From Crocosphaera subtropica ATCC 51142 (GTDB lineage Bacteria; Cyanobacteriota; Cyanobacteriia; Cyanobacteriales; Microcystaceae), in the NCBI RefSeq assembly GCF_000017845.1, contig NC_010546.1, forward strand, positions 1,830,001-1,862,000: a stretch of 32,000 nucleotides of DNA, written 5' to 3'. The notes below the pieces were generated by a model, which saw only the letters and a list, made by a program, of their open reading frames with translations, made no database searches and was not told the origin of the DNA. Position 1 is the stretch's first letter. Each line of letters begins with the position of its first letter. Below are positions 18,690 to 27,348 of the stretch, piece by piece. The position numbers and the translations under genes are program-made.

Positions 18690-20093
18690 CTAAATCCTGA
18701 CTTCTAATTTCTCAGCTTTCACCTCCTTAACTTGTTGTTTGGGTTGATATTGACTGGCAATTAAAGCCACTAAAAACCACCATAAGGTATTAACTTGGGG
18801 ACGATACCAAACTGTATCAAATAACCCTTGGGCCATTAAGCCAGCCATAGCAGCGATCGCAGCTATTAACCACATACCATAGAGATTATTTTGATCCCGT
18901 AATTGTTGAATTTGTCGGACTCCTTGATTAACCGTAACAACAATTAACCAAACAAAAATACTTAGGCCAATTAATCCTGTTTCAACTGCGGTTTCTAACA
19001 ACACAGAGTAAGAACTTAAAGCACTATATTTCGGACTCATGTAAAGGGGATAAATTTTATTAAACGCATTATTACCGGGACCAATCCCAATTAAAGGGCG
19101 ATCGCGAATCATATCTAATACTGCCATCCAAACATTCATACGAAAATTATTACTACTATCTTCTCGTCCCATAAAAATAGTCATAACCCTCATTCGTAAT
19201 GAGTCAACGGAGAGAATAGCAGCAAACATTAAACCCCCTAAAACAGCAAAGACTAACGGTAATAACCACCTACGCCAAAATGGGGATAAATTGTTTTTAA
19301 ACCAAACAAAAAATAATAATAAAAAGGTTGCCATTAACGCTACCATTGCAATCCAACCGCCCCGACTTCCCGTAAAATAAAGACAGGCGGTATTCACTAA
19401 CGTAATAGTAATGGCTAATAGTTTAGGAAATAAACCTCGCCAAACAAAAAAAGCAGCAACTCCAAAAGCAATAGAGGGTAATAAATAAGCAGATAACAAA
19501 TTAGGATTACCCAAATAACTATAAACCCTAGTTGCACCAGCTAATTCAGAAGTCGGATCATTCCAAGTCGCTAATTGTTCCACCCCAAAAATTTGTTGGC
19601 GAACGCCATAACAACCCACCACTAAACCAATACCTAAAACTGCCGTAATTAAGTAATTCGTTAATCGAGGCGATCGCAAAATCCTCGCACAAAAAACAAA
19701 AAATACTAAATACAAAGTTAACTTAACAAATCCCGAAAAAGCGGCAGCTTTAACAGGAGATAATGCCACCGCAACCGCCGAAATTCCCCAATAAAGAAAC
19801 ACCAATAAATGAATCGGACTAAACCCAGGTTTTTCACGATCAGATAGGGTTAAAATACCCCAATAACCTGTAATGGCGATTAACCAAACCCCGATCAAAC
19901 CAGTGGTAATAAAGGGACTAAAAATAAAGACAAGACTAATTAATAATGCCCCAATCGCCTCGCTCCACTGTAATAAAAAACTCGACTCACGCCAAGCAGC
20001 CAATAAACCCACCAAACGGTAAACATAACTCGCATTGAGCCAAGTTTTCGGTGAAAAGTAAGAGAGGGTAACAAGATCCCAAGTTGAATTCAT
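18690..20093 (-). CDS. ictB: IctB-family membrane protein (O-antigen-ligase/Wzy_C-like domain; historically 'putative bicarbonate transporter')
   Basis: 467 aa, polytopic. The N-terminus (W..VTLS.F.P..W...S...RLVGLL.AWR.SS.LL.WSEA), RVYSYLGNPNLLSAYL, GREDSSNNFR.NVW and GIGPGN.AF closely follow the IctB sequence of Synechococcus PCC 7942 as I remember it. Confidence 0.85.
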   Translation of the reverse strand: MNSTWDLVTLSYFSPKTWLNASYVYRLVGLLAAWRESSFLLQWSEAIGALLISLVFIFSPFITTGLIGVWLIAITGYWGILTLSDREKPGFSPIHLLVFLYWGISAVAVALSPVKAAAFSGFVKLTLYLVFFVFCARILRSPRLTNYLITAVLGIGLVVGCYGVRQQIFGVEQLATWNDPTSELAGATRVYSYLGNPNLLSAYLLPSIAFGVAAFFVWRGLFPKLLAITITLVNTACLYFTGSRGGWIAMVALMATFLLLFFVWFKNNLSPFWRRWLLPLVFAVLGGLMFAAILSVDSLRMRVMTIFMGREDSSNNFRMNVWMAVLDMIRDRPLIGIGPGNNAFNKIYPLYMSPKYSALSSYSVLLETAVETGLIGLSIFVWLIVVTVNQGVRQIQQLRDQNNLYGMWLIAAIAAMAGLMAQGLFDTVWYRPQVNTLWWFLVALIASQYQPKQQVKEVKAEKLEVRI

Positions 20094-20283
20094 GAATCCT
20101 TACCAAAAAAGATTAGTTATTAGTTATCACGGATCAAGCTTGCTTTTGTCAACCGATATTTAAAGCAGTGATTGAGAAGCAGAACCCAAAATAACGATTT
20201 TACGTCATCATATATTATTGTCCCTAATTCTCCTTTCCCTGTTCCCTTAAAAACCTTTATTGTGTACCCTATAACTAAATTCC

Positions 20284-21111
20284 ATGCTGACCTATCCAAA
20301 GGGAGATAACCCGTTGACTACGCTAATACATCCTACTGCTGTCATTCATCCGAAGGCACAAATCGATCCCACCGTGGAAGTAGGCCCCTATGCTGTCATT
20401 GGTGATCAGGTGAAAATAGGCGCACAAACCACAATAGGACCCCATGTGGTCATCGAAGGTCCCACAGAAATTGGCGAAAATAACCGCATTTTTCCCAGTG
20501 CAGTCATTGGTTTAGATCCCCAAGACCTCAAATATAAAGGGGCCCCCAGTCGGGTCAAAATTGGAAATGGCAACACTATTCGGGAGTTTGTGACCGTTAA
20601 CAAAGCAACCCACGCCGATGAAGTGACTGAAATTGGCAATAATAACTTGTTGATGGCTTATGTTCATGTTGCCCATAATTGTGTGATCGAAGACCATGTA
20701 ATCATTGCTAACGCGGTCGCTTTAGCCGGCCATGTTCACATTGAGTCTAGGGCAGTCATTGGGGGAGTTTTAGGGATTCATCAATTTGTGAGAATTGGCC
20801 GTAATGCTATGTTAGGGGGAATGAGTCGCATTGATCGCGATGCCCCTCCTTTTATGATGATTGAAGGAAACCCTTCTAGAGTGCGATCGCTCAATTTAGT
20901 GGGGTTAAGACGGGCGGGACTCACCACCGAAGATGTGGGCTATCTTAAAAAAGCGTTTCGTCTCTTGTATCGGTCTGATCTCACGTTACAACAAGCTTTA
21001 GAAAAGTTAGAAAGCTTCGATAATAATGAATATTCCCAATATTTACGTCATTTTCTTCAACTCTCAACCACAGGAGAAAAACGACGGGGCCCCATTCCAG
21101 GTAATAATTAA
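20284..21111 (+). CDS. lpxA: acyl-ACP--UDP-N-acetylglucosamine O-acyltransferase
   Basis: Left-handed beta-helix hexapeptide repeats, PQDLKYKG, YVHVAHNCVIEDHVI, and a C-terminal helical domain. It lies immediately upstream of lpxB. Confidence 0.93.
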   Translation: MLTYPKGDNPLTTLIHPTAVIHPKAQIDPTVEVGPYAVIGDQVKIGAQTTIGPHVVIEGPTEIGENNRIFPSAVIGLDPQDLKYKGAPSRVKIGNGNTIREFVTVNKATHADEVTEIGNNNLLMAYVHVAHNCVIEDHVIIANAVALAGHVHIESRAVIGGVLGIHQFVRIGRNAMLGGMSRIDRDAPPFMMIEGNPSRVRSLNLVGLRRAGLTTEDVGYLKKAFRLLYRSDLTLQQALEKLESFDNNEYSQYLRHFLQLSTTGEKRRGPIPGNN

Positions 21112-21235
21112 GATTAACCATTAATAGCCAATAAAAATTAAGACGGTTTTTTATCATGTTTTTTTGTTCAAAAGAGAGAGTTAAACACTGAATTACCTAA
21201 TGATAAATTGATAATCACGGGTTAAAGAGGAAGTT

Positions 21236-22408
21236 ATGCAAATTTTTATTAGTACCGGGGAAGTTTCAGGGGATCTACAAGGATCAATGTTAGTTGAAGC
21301 CTTGTATCGACAAGCCAAACAGCAAAATATTCCTTTAGAAATTTTGGCCTTGGGAGGTAATCTCATGGAAGCAGCCGGGGCGAAGTTATTGGGCAATACG
21401 GCCGGTATTGGGTCTATTGGTATTGTTGAAGCCTTACCCTTTATTATCCCTACTTGGTTAATGCAGCGTCGGGTTAAGGCTTATTTACGGGAGAATCCCC
21501 CAGATGTTTTAATTTTATTGGATTATATGGGACCGAATGTGGCGTTTGGTAAATACGCCCGTAAATATTTACCTAACGTGCCGATTATTTATTATATTGC
21601 TCCTCAGTCTTGGGTTTGGGCTCCCAATAATAAAACCATTGAACAATTTGCCGAAATTACTGATATTTTATTGGCGATTTTTCCCGAAGAAGCACGATTT
21701 TTTGAGAAAAAAGGGGTAAACGTTAAATGGGTAGGTCATCCTTTATTAGATAGAATGGCTAAAGCCCCCACCAAAGAAGCGACTCGTCAAGCTTTAGGAC
21801 TGACAGAAGATCAGCGTGTGATTGCTTTATTTCCAGCCTCTCGTTATCAAGAACTAAAGTATCATTTACCCTTAATTTGTAAAGCGGCACAGAAGTTACA
21901 AGAGAAGGTTCCTAATGTTCATTTTCTTTTACCTGTTTCTTTAAAAGAGTATCGTCACACCATCGAAGAAATGGTGAAACAATATGATTTACCTATTACT
22001 TTATTTGATGGACGGGCTATTGAAGTGATGGCGGCTGCTGACTTTGCTATTGCTAAATCAGGAACCGTTAATTTAGAATTAGCCCTGTTAGATATTCCTC
22101 AATTAGTTCTCTGTTTAGTGAATCCTTTAACCATGTGGATTGCTAGGAATGTTCTTAAGTTTTCTATTCCTTTTATGTCTCCTCCTAATTTAGTTGTTAT
22201 GAAGAAAATTGTTCCCGAATTATTACAAGAAGAAGCAACTGTTGACCGTATTGTTGATGAATCTTTAGACTTATTATTAAACCCTGAACGCCGTCAAAAA
22301 ACTTTCGCTGACTATGAAGAAATGAGAACACTTTTAGGAGAAGTTGGAGTCTGTGATCGCGTGGCTAATGAAATTTTAAGCTTTTCCCCTGTCTCTAGTC
22401 CCTCGTGA
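21236..22408 (+). CDS. lpxB: lipid-A-disaccharide synthase, copy 1
   Basis: MQIFISTGEVSGDLQGS... is the typical LpxB N-terminus (GE.SGD). The length and GT-B layout fit, and it sits downstream of lpxA. Confidence 0.9.
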   Translation: MQIFISTGEVSGDLQGSMLVEALYRQAKQQNIPLEILALGGNLMEAAGAKLLGNTAGIGSIGIVEALPFIIPTWLMQRRVKAYLRENPPDVLILLDYMGPNVAFGKYARKYLPNVPIIYYIAPQSWVWAPNNKTIEQFAEITDILLAIFPEEARFFEKKGVNVKWVGHPLLDRMAKAPTKEATRQALGLTEDQRVIALFPASRYQELKYHLPLICKAAQKLQEKVPNVHFLLPVSLKEYRHTIEEMVKQYDLPITLFDGRAIEVMAAADFAIAKSGTVNLELALLDIPQLVLCLVNPLTMWIARNVLKFSIPFMSPPNLVVMKKIVPELLQEEATVDRIVDESLDLLLNPERRQKTFADYEEMRTLLGEVGVCDRVANEILSFSPVSSPS

Positions 22409-22482
22409 AACTTGTTACACAGTCCCATAAACCTCTTCATCATAGCTACAATCAGACCGTTGATATGGGAAGGAGAATCTAA

Positions 22483-22613
22483 ATAACATCTAAGTTGGCT
22501 TTTCAAGATAACTTAGACAGTGTTTTTTCAAAAATGAATCTACCGAATATCTGCGTCAATTTATACAATGATCAATTCCAGAAACAGAACGACAGAGTAG
22601 ATTTATTGGATTA
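22483..22613 (+). pseudogene. degenerate, frameshifted relic of the lpxA 3' end
   Basis: 22533-22568 (aatgaatctaccgaatatctgcgtcaatttatacaa, NESTEYLRQFIQ) matches lpxA 21025-21060 (aatgaatattcccaatatttacgtcattttcttcaa, NEYSQYLRHFLQ) at 28 of 36 nt. Upstream, in a frame shifted by 1 nt at the A-run near 22530, ...LAFQDNLDSVF resembles lpxA ...QALEKLESF. Stops occur at 22480, 22509 and 22569. Confidence 0.55.
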
Positions 22614-22645
22614 GTTGTCACAAAAATAGCAAAAAATAGAGAAAA

Positions 22646-23803
22646 ATGCAAATTTTTATTAGCACAGGGGAAGTGTCTGGGGACTTACAGGGATCACTAT
22701 TGGTTGAAGCCCTCTATCGACAAGCCAAACAGCAAAATATTCCTTTAGACATTTTGGCCTTGGGAGGTCACCTCATGGAAGCAGCCGGGGCTAAGTTATT
22801 GGGAAATACGGCTGGTATTGGGTCTATTGGTATTGTTGAAGCTTTGCCTTTTATTATCCCCACTTGGTTAATGCAGCGTCGGGTTAAGGCTTATTTACGG
22901 GATAATCCTCCCGACGTATTGATTTTATTGGATTATATGGGGCCTAATGTAGCTTTTGGTAAGTACGCCCGTAAATATTTACCTAATGTGCCGATTATTT
23001 ATTATATTGCTCCTCAGTCTTGGGTTTGGGCTCCCAATAATAAAACCATTGAACAATTTGCTGAAATTACTGATATTTTATTGGCGATTTTTCCCGAAGA
23101 AGCACGATTTTTTGAGAAAAAAGGGGTCAACGTTAAATGGGTGGGTCATCCTTTATTAGATAGAATGGCTAAAGCCCCCACTAGAGAAGCCACTCGTCAA
23201 GCTTTGGGACTAACAGAAGATCAGCGTGTAGTTGCTTTATTTCCTGCGTCTCGTTATCAAGAATTAAAGCATCATTTACCCTTAATTTGTAAAGCGGCAC
23301 AAAAGTTACAAGAGAAGGTTCCCGATGTCCATTTTCTCTTACCTATTTCTTTAAAAGAATATCGTCACACCATCGAAGAAATGGTAAAACAATATGATTT
23401 ATCTATTACTTTATTTGATGGACAAGCAATGGAAGTAATGGCAGCTGCTGACTTGGCTATCACTAAATCGGGAACCGTTAATTTAGAATTAGCTTTGTTG
23501 AATGTTCCACAATTAGTTTTCTTTTTAGTCAACCCTATTACCATTTGGATTGCTAGAAATATTTTAAAATTTTCGGTGCCTTTTATCTCACCCATTAATT
23601 TAATTGTTATGAAAGAAATTGTCCCCGAATTATTGCAAGAAGAAGCAACAATTGACCGTATTGTTGATGAATCTTTAGACTTATTATTAAACCCAGAACG
23701 CCGTCAAAAAACCTTCGCTGACTATGAAGAAATGAGAACCCTTTTAGGAGAAATTGGAGTTTGCGATCGTGTGGCTAATGAAATTTTACATTATCAAAAG
23801 TAA
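22646..23803 (+). CDS. lpxB: lipid-A-disaccharide synthase, copy 2
   Basis: Intact 385-aa ORF. By hand count about 28 of 381 aligned residues differ from copy 1, and the C-terminal tail is different (HYQK vs SFSPVSSPS). Confidence 0.9.
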   Translation: MQIFISTGEVSGDLQGSLLVEALYRQAKQQNIPLDILALGGHLMEAAGAKLLGNTAGIGSIGIVEALPFIIPTWLMQRRVKAYLRDNPPDVLILLDYMGPNVAFGKYARKYLPNVPIIYYIAPQSWVWAPNNKTIEQFAEITDILLAIFPEEARFFEKKGVNVKWVGHPLLDRMAKAPTREATRQALGLTEDQRVVALFPASRYQELKHHLPLICKAAQKLQEKVPDVHFLLPISLKEYRHTIEEMVKQYDLSITLFDGQAMEVMAAADLAITKSGTVNLELALLNVPQLVFFLVNPITIWIARNILKFSVPFISPINLIVMKEIVPELLQEEATIDRIVDESLDLLLNPERRQKTFADYEEMRTLLGEIGVCDRVANEILHYQK

Positions 23804-23824
23804 ATAACCTATGGTTCGTTAACA

Positions 23825-24673
23825 ATGCGTCGAGATTCAATCTTTTATAAACTCTTTCAAACCTATCCAGGTTTATTGTTTAAACTATTAACAAATCCTC
23901 CAGGAAATGCTGAGGAATATAGATTTGATTCTGTGGCTGTTAAAGAACCGAGATTTGAGATCGATGGAGTATTCTTACCCCCAGAAAATGAAGATCCAGG
24001 AGTCGTTTATTTTTGTGAAGTACAGTTCCAAAAAGACGAAAGATTGTATGAGAGAGTCTTTGCTGAATCGTTACTCTATTTCTATCGTAACCGCAATCGC
24101 TTTAGTGATTGGCAAGGAGTAATAATTTATCCCAATCGCAACATCGAACAAAGTGAAACTCGTCCTTATAATGATTTATTGAGAAGCGATCGCATCACCA
24201 TAATCTATTTAGAGGAATTAGGCAATATTCGAGACTTACCTCTAGAAATAGCCGTCATGTTGTTAACCACAGTAGATGAAGAACAAGCACCCCAAGAAGC
24301 TAGGTATTTGTTACAAAAAACTCAACAAGAAATCCCTCAATCACTAAATCAAGGCATAATAGAGTTAATTACAACCATCATCGCTTATAAATTTGAACGG
24401 CTAAGTAAAAAGGAGGTAGAAGAAATGCTAGGAATTACTTTTGAAGAAACACGAGTTTACCGAGAAATTAAGCAAGAAGGAAGGGAAGAAGGAAGACAAG
24501 AAGGAGAAAAATACCTTATTATCCGCCAACTAACGAAACGAGTGGGAGAATTATCCCCAGAAGTTCGTCAAAATGTTGAAGCTCTCTCGATCAAACAATT
24601 AGAAAGCCTCGGTGAAGCACTCCTTGATTTTACTAACATGGCTGATTTAAAAAATTGGTTAGAAGTACATTAA
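23825..24673 (+). CDS. Rpn-family recombination-promoting nuclease / putative transposase (cyanobacterial DUF2887 + DUF4351 type)
   Basis: N-terminal DSIFYKLFQTYPGLLFKLL...YRFDSVAVKE..FEIDGVF.P......VYFCEVQFQKD is the PD-(D/E)xK-like DUF2887 pattern. The C-terminal ...IIRQLTKRVGELSPEVRQNVEALSIKQLESLGEALLDF matches DUF4351. Confidence 0.75.
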   Translation: MRRDSIFYKLFQTYPGLLFKLLTNPPGNAEEYRFDSVAVKEPRFEIDGVFLPPENEDPGVVYFCEVQFQKDERLYERVFAESLLYFYRNRNRFSDWQGVIIYPNRNIEQSETRPYNDLLRSDRITIIYLEELGNIRDLPLEIAVMLLTTVDEEQAPQEARYLLQKTQQEIPQSLNQGIIELITTIIAYKFERLSKKEVEEMLGITFEETRVYREIKQEGREEGRQEGEKYLIIRQLTKRVGELSPEVRQNVEALSIKQLESLGEALLDFTNMADLKNWLEVH

Positions 24674-24730
24674 TTTTACTTAAAAGCGATCGCAAAAATA
24701 GACAGATTGAGCATAGCTAGTTAGCTATAG

Positions 24731-25144
24731 TTAACAGTCATCTTGATTTGATCGTAACCACTGAGTTATAGATAATGATAAAGAAGTACGTTGACGAATT
24801 TTAGGATTAATGGAAACGTGCTTAGTGGTTGCTTTAGCAATCAATTTATCTAAATTATTTTCATTGAAAACTTGATACTTAATCTCAAATTCTGTTTCGT
24901 TTAATTGAGTCGGGGTTAAATTAATTTGAATGCGATCGCCACAAAATAAGGGTTGATAAAAATCAATGTCAGCATGAACAATAGGAATAGCAATATCTGA
25001 ACTGGTAAAAAACGTTTTTAGATCAATTCCTGCTACTTGTAAAGAATTTTCATAAGCTTCGTGACATATAGATAAGAAAGCCGCAAAATAAACAACCCCT
25101 GCTGCATCCGTATCAGAAAAATGAATGGTTCTATTATAAGTCAT
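24731..25144 (-). CDS. hotdog-fold thioesterase, 1,4-dihydroxy-2-naphthoyl-CoA hydrolase type (phylloquinone pathway)
   Basis: YNRTIHFSDTDAAGVVYFAAFLSICHEAYENSLQVAGIDLKTFF...IPIVHADIDFYQPLFCGD closely parallels Synechocystis Slr0204 as I recall it. The 137-aa size fits the 4HBT fold. Confidence 0.75.
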   Translation of the reverse strand: MTYNRTIHFSDTDAAGVVYFAAFLSICHEAYENSLQVAGIDLKTFFTSSDIAIPIVHADIDFYQPLFCGDRIQINLTPTQLNETEFEIKYQVFNENNLDKLIAKATTKHVSINPKIRQRTSLSLSITQWLRSNQDDC

Positions 25145-25147
25145 TAA

Positions 25148-26269
25148 TTAATTATTGTTAGATGAGTTTAGATTAAATTCTAATTGACTTTGAACGGCAA
25201 TCTCTTGAATAATATCTGATATATTCCCCTGCTCAATAATTGTGTTAATATATTCATGTAATATAGGAAGATTAATGATTTCTTCAACAGAGTCTAAGTA
25301 ACGATTAACAATTGCGTTTATTTTATATTTAAGTTTAGCTTGTTGTTGAATTTTTTCTTTAATCTTTTCTGTTGTTTCATTGGATTTTACAACAAAAGTA
25401 ATAGGGTATTTTTGTACTTTATCAATATCTAAAAAATACTTATTAACATCTATAGTCTCTGTAACTTGAAAAAAACGACCTAATGGTTTCATGACAAAAT
25501 CAATACCACCATCATTAGCATTAGTTCGACCAGTTTTATATAGTATTAAATTATCTTCGGTTAGTTCTTCTAAAGAATAACCCCAAAATATTTTTTGTTC
25601 TGCATAAAAAGTTTTAAGAATTGCATAACTTGTAATTTCAAATACTCTCGCATCTATATTAGGTCTTAAAAGAGTTTTGATGAAATTTACTGCGTCATTA
25701 TTATCTTTATTTTCAATTTGTAGTAATTCATCACAATAACTCATAAAATCTCTGAATGATTGTTGACGTGCATTTACATAAGCATCTATAATGTGTTTAA
25801 CAACTAGAGCAATATTATACTTAATTTTTGACACTTCTATAATTAATAAGTTTTCATTAATCCAGTAACGACTGGTTTCTACATCTCTTAAAATGGGTTT
25901 TTGTTCAATAGTAGGAAAATATTTACTAAATTCCATGTTAAGACGATGATTCAGTGCATGATTTTGTAACTTTTCTCCAAAAGGTAATTCTCGTTGACGA
26001 CGTAATAAGTCTGAAAATCTTGCTCCTTCATATTCTTCATAATTATTTTGATTATAAAACCCTTTATTAATATAATCTTCAACTAAGACATAAAGTGCAT
26101 AATGATTACCAAGAGAAGGTCTAGACTTTGATCCTTTATTGGCTGATTTTGTTTTAATATTCAAATATTGTAATAATGGACTATTTTGAAAAATATCCTC
26201 AGCATTTTCGTCAAAATATTGGGTTAATATTTCAAGAATAATCTGCGTAAATTGGTGTTTTTTAATCAT
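25148..26269 (-). CDS. putative type II restriction endonuclease (family not assignable)
   Basis: Overlaps the 3' end of the methyltransferase gene by 8 nt and is very AT-rich. The segment NDGGIDFVMKPLGRFFQVTE (25457-25513) is reminiscent of a PD-(D/E)xK/Mrr-like core. The call rests mainly on context. Confidence 0.55.
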   Translation of the reverse strand: MIKKHQFTQIILEILTQYFDENAEDIFQNSPLLQYLNIKTKSANKGSKSRPSLGNHYALYVLVEDYINKGFYNQNNYEEYEGARFSDLLRRQRELPFGEKLQNHALNHRLNMEFSKYFPTIEQKPILRDVETSRYWINENLLIIEVSKIKYNIALVVKHIIDAYVNARQQSFRDFMSYCDELLQIENKDNNDAVNFIKTLLRPNIDARVFEITSYAILKTFYAEQKIFWGYSLEELTEDNLILYKTGRTNANDGGIDFVMKPLGRFFQVTETIDVNKYFLDIDKVQKYPITFVVKSNETTEKIKEKIQQQAKLKYKINAIVNRYLDSVEEIINLPILHEYINTIIEQGNISDIIQEIAVQSQLEFNLNSSNNN

Positions 26270-27116
26270 CTTTAAATAGCTCTAATTGTTGGTAATTTCT
26301 TTGATAGCTTTTTAAAGGCTTTTGTAAGAGATTACCATTATAATGTGTACAAATTCCTAAACGTCTTAAACCAATTTTTATATAATCTTCTTCAATTTCA
26401 ATTCCAATAGATTTTCGCCCTACTTTTTGAGCAACTGCGGAAGTTGTAAAAGTGCCGGCAAAAGGATCAAGGATCGTATCTCCCACATTACTACTTGCCA
26501 AAATAATACGTTTTAAAAGTGCTTCTGGTTTTTGAGTTGGATGTTTTTCATATTCTTCCATACGATAACGAACCCTTGGGAAATACCAAACATTTCCAGG
26601 AACTTTGTGGGAATTATAAACTTTTGGGATTGCTTTACGATAATCAATTAATTTTCGTTTTGAACCTGTTTTTGCTTCTACTTTTATGTCATCCCGATTA
26701 AATGTATATGATTTAGGATTTTTGACTCCATAAATTATCGGTTCATATAAAGAACCAAAATAATTCTTAGCTTGCACTCCTGAGCTATCATAATGCCAAA
26801 TAATTCTTGATAAAATATGAATATGTTTACGTAAATAAATATCTAAGTAAGGAATAGTTTGTGTACTAGCCATAAGATAAATACTACCTTCAGGATGAAG
26901 CTTTTTAAAACATAATTCTAACCAAGAATAACACCATAATAAATAGTTTTCTTCTGTTGGCCATTTATCAATAAAATTAGCGTATTTTTTACCAATATTA
27001 TAAGGAGGATCAACAAAAATAAGGTGAATACTTTCATCTTGGATTTCTTGGTCTAAAAGTTTAATACTGTCTCCAAATAGAATAATATGCTCGCCACTAC
27101 TATCTTGATATTTCAT
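26262..27116 (-). CDS. beta-class DNA methyltransferase (N6-adenine or N4-cytosine; PF01555-like)
   Basis: The DPPY catalytic motif is encoded at 27000-27011 near the N-terminus. The AdoMet motif ILDPFAGTFTTSAVA lies near the C-terminus, and the order IV before I indicates the beta class. HPTQKPEALLKRII is also present. Confidence 0.9.
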   Translation of the reverse strand: MKYQDSSGEHIILFGDSIKLLDQEIQDESIHLIFVDPPYNIGKKYANFIDKWPTEENYLLWCYSWLELCFKKLHPEGSIYLMASTQTIPYLDIYLRKHIHILSRIIWHYDSSGVQAKNYFGSLYEPIIYGVKNPKSYTFNRDDIKVEAKTGSKRKLIDYRKAIPKVYNSHKVPGNVWYFPRVRYRMEEYEKHPTQKPEALLKRIILASSNVGDTILDPFAGTFTTSAVAQKVGRKSIGIEIEEDYIKIGLRRLGICTHYNGNLLQKPLKSYQRNYQQLELFKDD

Positions 27117-27129
27117 GTTGAACTAATAA

Positions 27130-27345
27130 TTAAGCACTAATATAAATTGGTTTAGCTTTAATAGAAGGTTCTGGAATAGGTTGACCATCTTCTTTTAAAG
27201 TATCAATATATAATTTGATCGCTTCTTTAATATTTATCTCAGTTTCTTCGATGGTTTTACCGGTGGAAATACAACCCGGCAAATCAGGTACATAAGCTGA
27301 ATAATTATTTCCTGCCCATTCAAAAATTACATAGTATTCTTTCAT
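27130..27345 (-). CDS. hicB: HicB-family antitoxin (UPF0150-type, short form)
   Basis: YYVIFEWAGNNYSAYVPDLPGCISTGKTIEETEINIKEAIKLYI is the typical HicB N-domain. It starts 3 nt after hicA. Confidence 0.8.
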   Translation of the reverse strand: MKEYYVIFEWAGNNYSAYVPDLPGCISTGKTIEETEINIKEAIKLYIDTLKEDGQPIPEPSIKAKPIYISA

Positions 27346-27348
27346 TTT

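Larger units (their letters stand above)
21236..23788 (+). repeat. tandem direct duplication: 21236-22378 and 22646-23788 (1143 nt each, period 1410 nt)
   Basis: Direct comparison of the two stretches shows they are colinear without indels from the ATG to ...gctaatgaaatttta. The flanks on both sides are dissimilar, apart from the lpxA relic. Confidence 0.95.

Noticed and set aside
21537-21719. 60-aa ORF, with its near-identical twin at 22956-23159, which looks like a conserved small gene
   Set aside because: Both are the same out-of-frame read-through of the two lpxB copies. Their 'conservation' is simply the tandem duplication.
22312-22506. 64-aa - strand ORF spanning the end of lpxB copy 1 and the spacer
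   Set aside because: It is antisense to lpxB for a third of its length. It has no motif and no plausible start context.
24713-24728. Palindrome ATAGCTAgtTAGCTAT between the convergent Rpn-like and thioesterase genes
   Set aside because: A 2-nt loop cannot form a terminator hairpin and no T-tract follows. It could be a protein-binding or restriction-type palindrome, but I have no supporting context.
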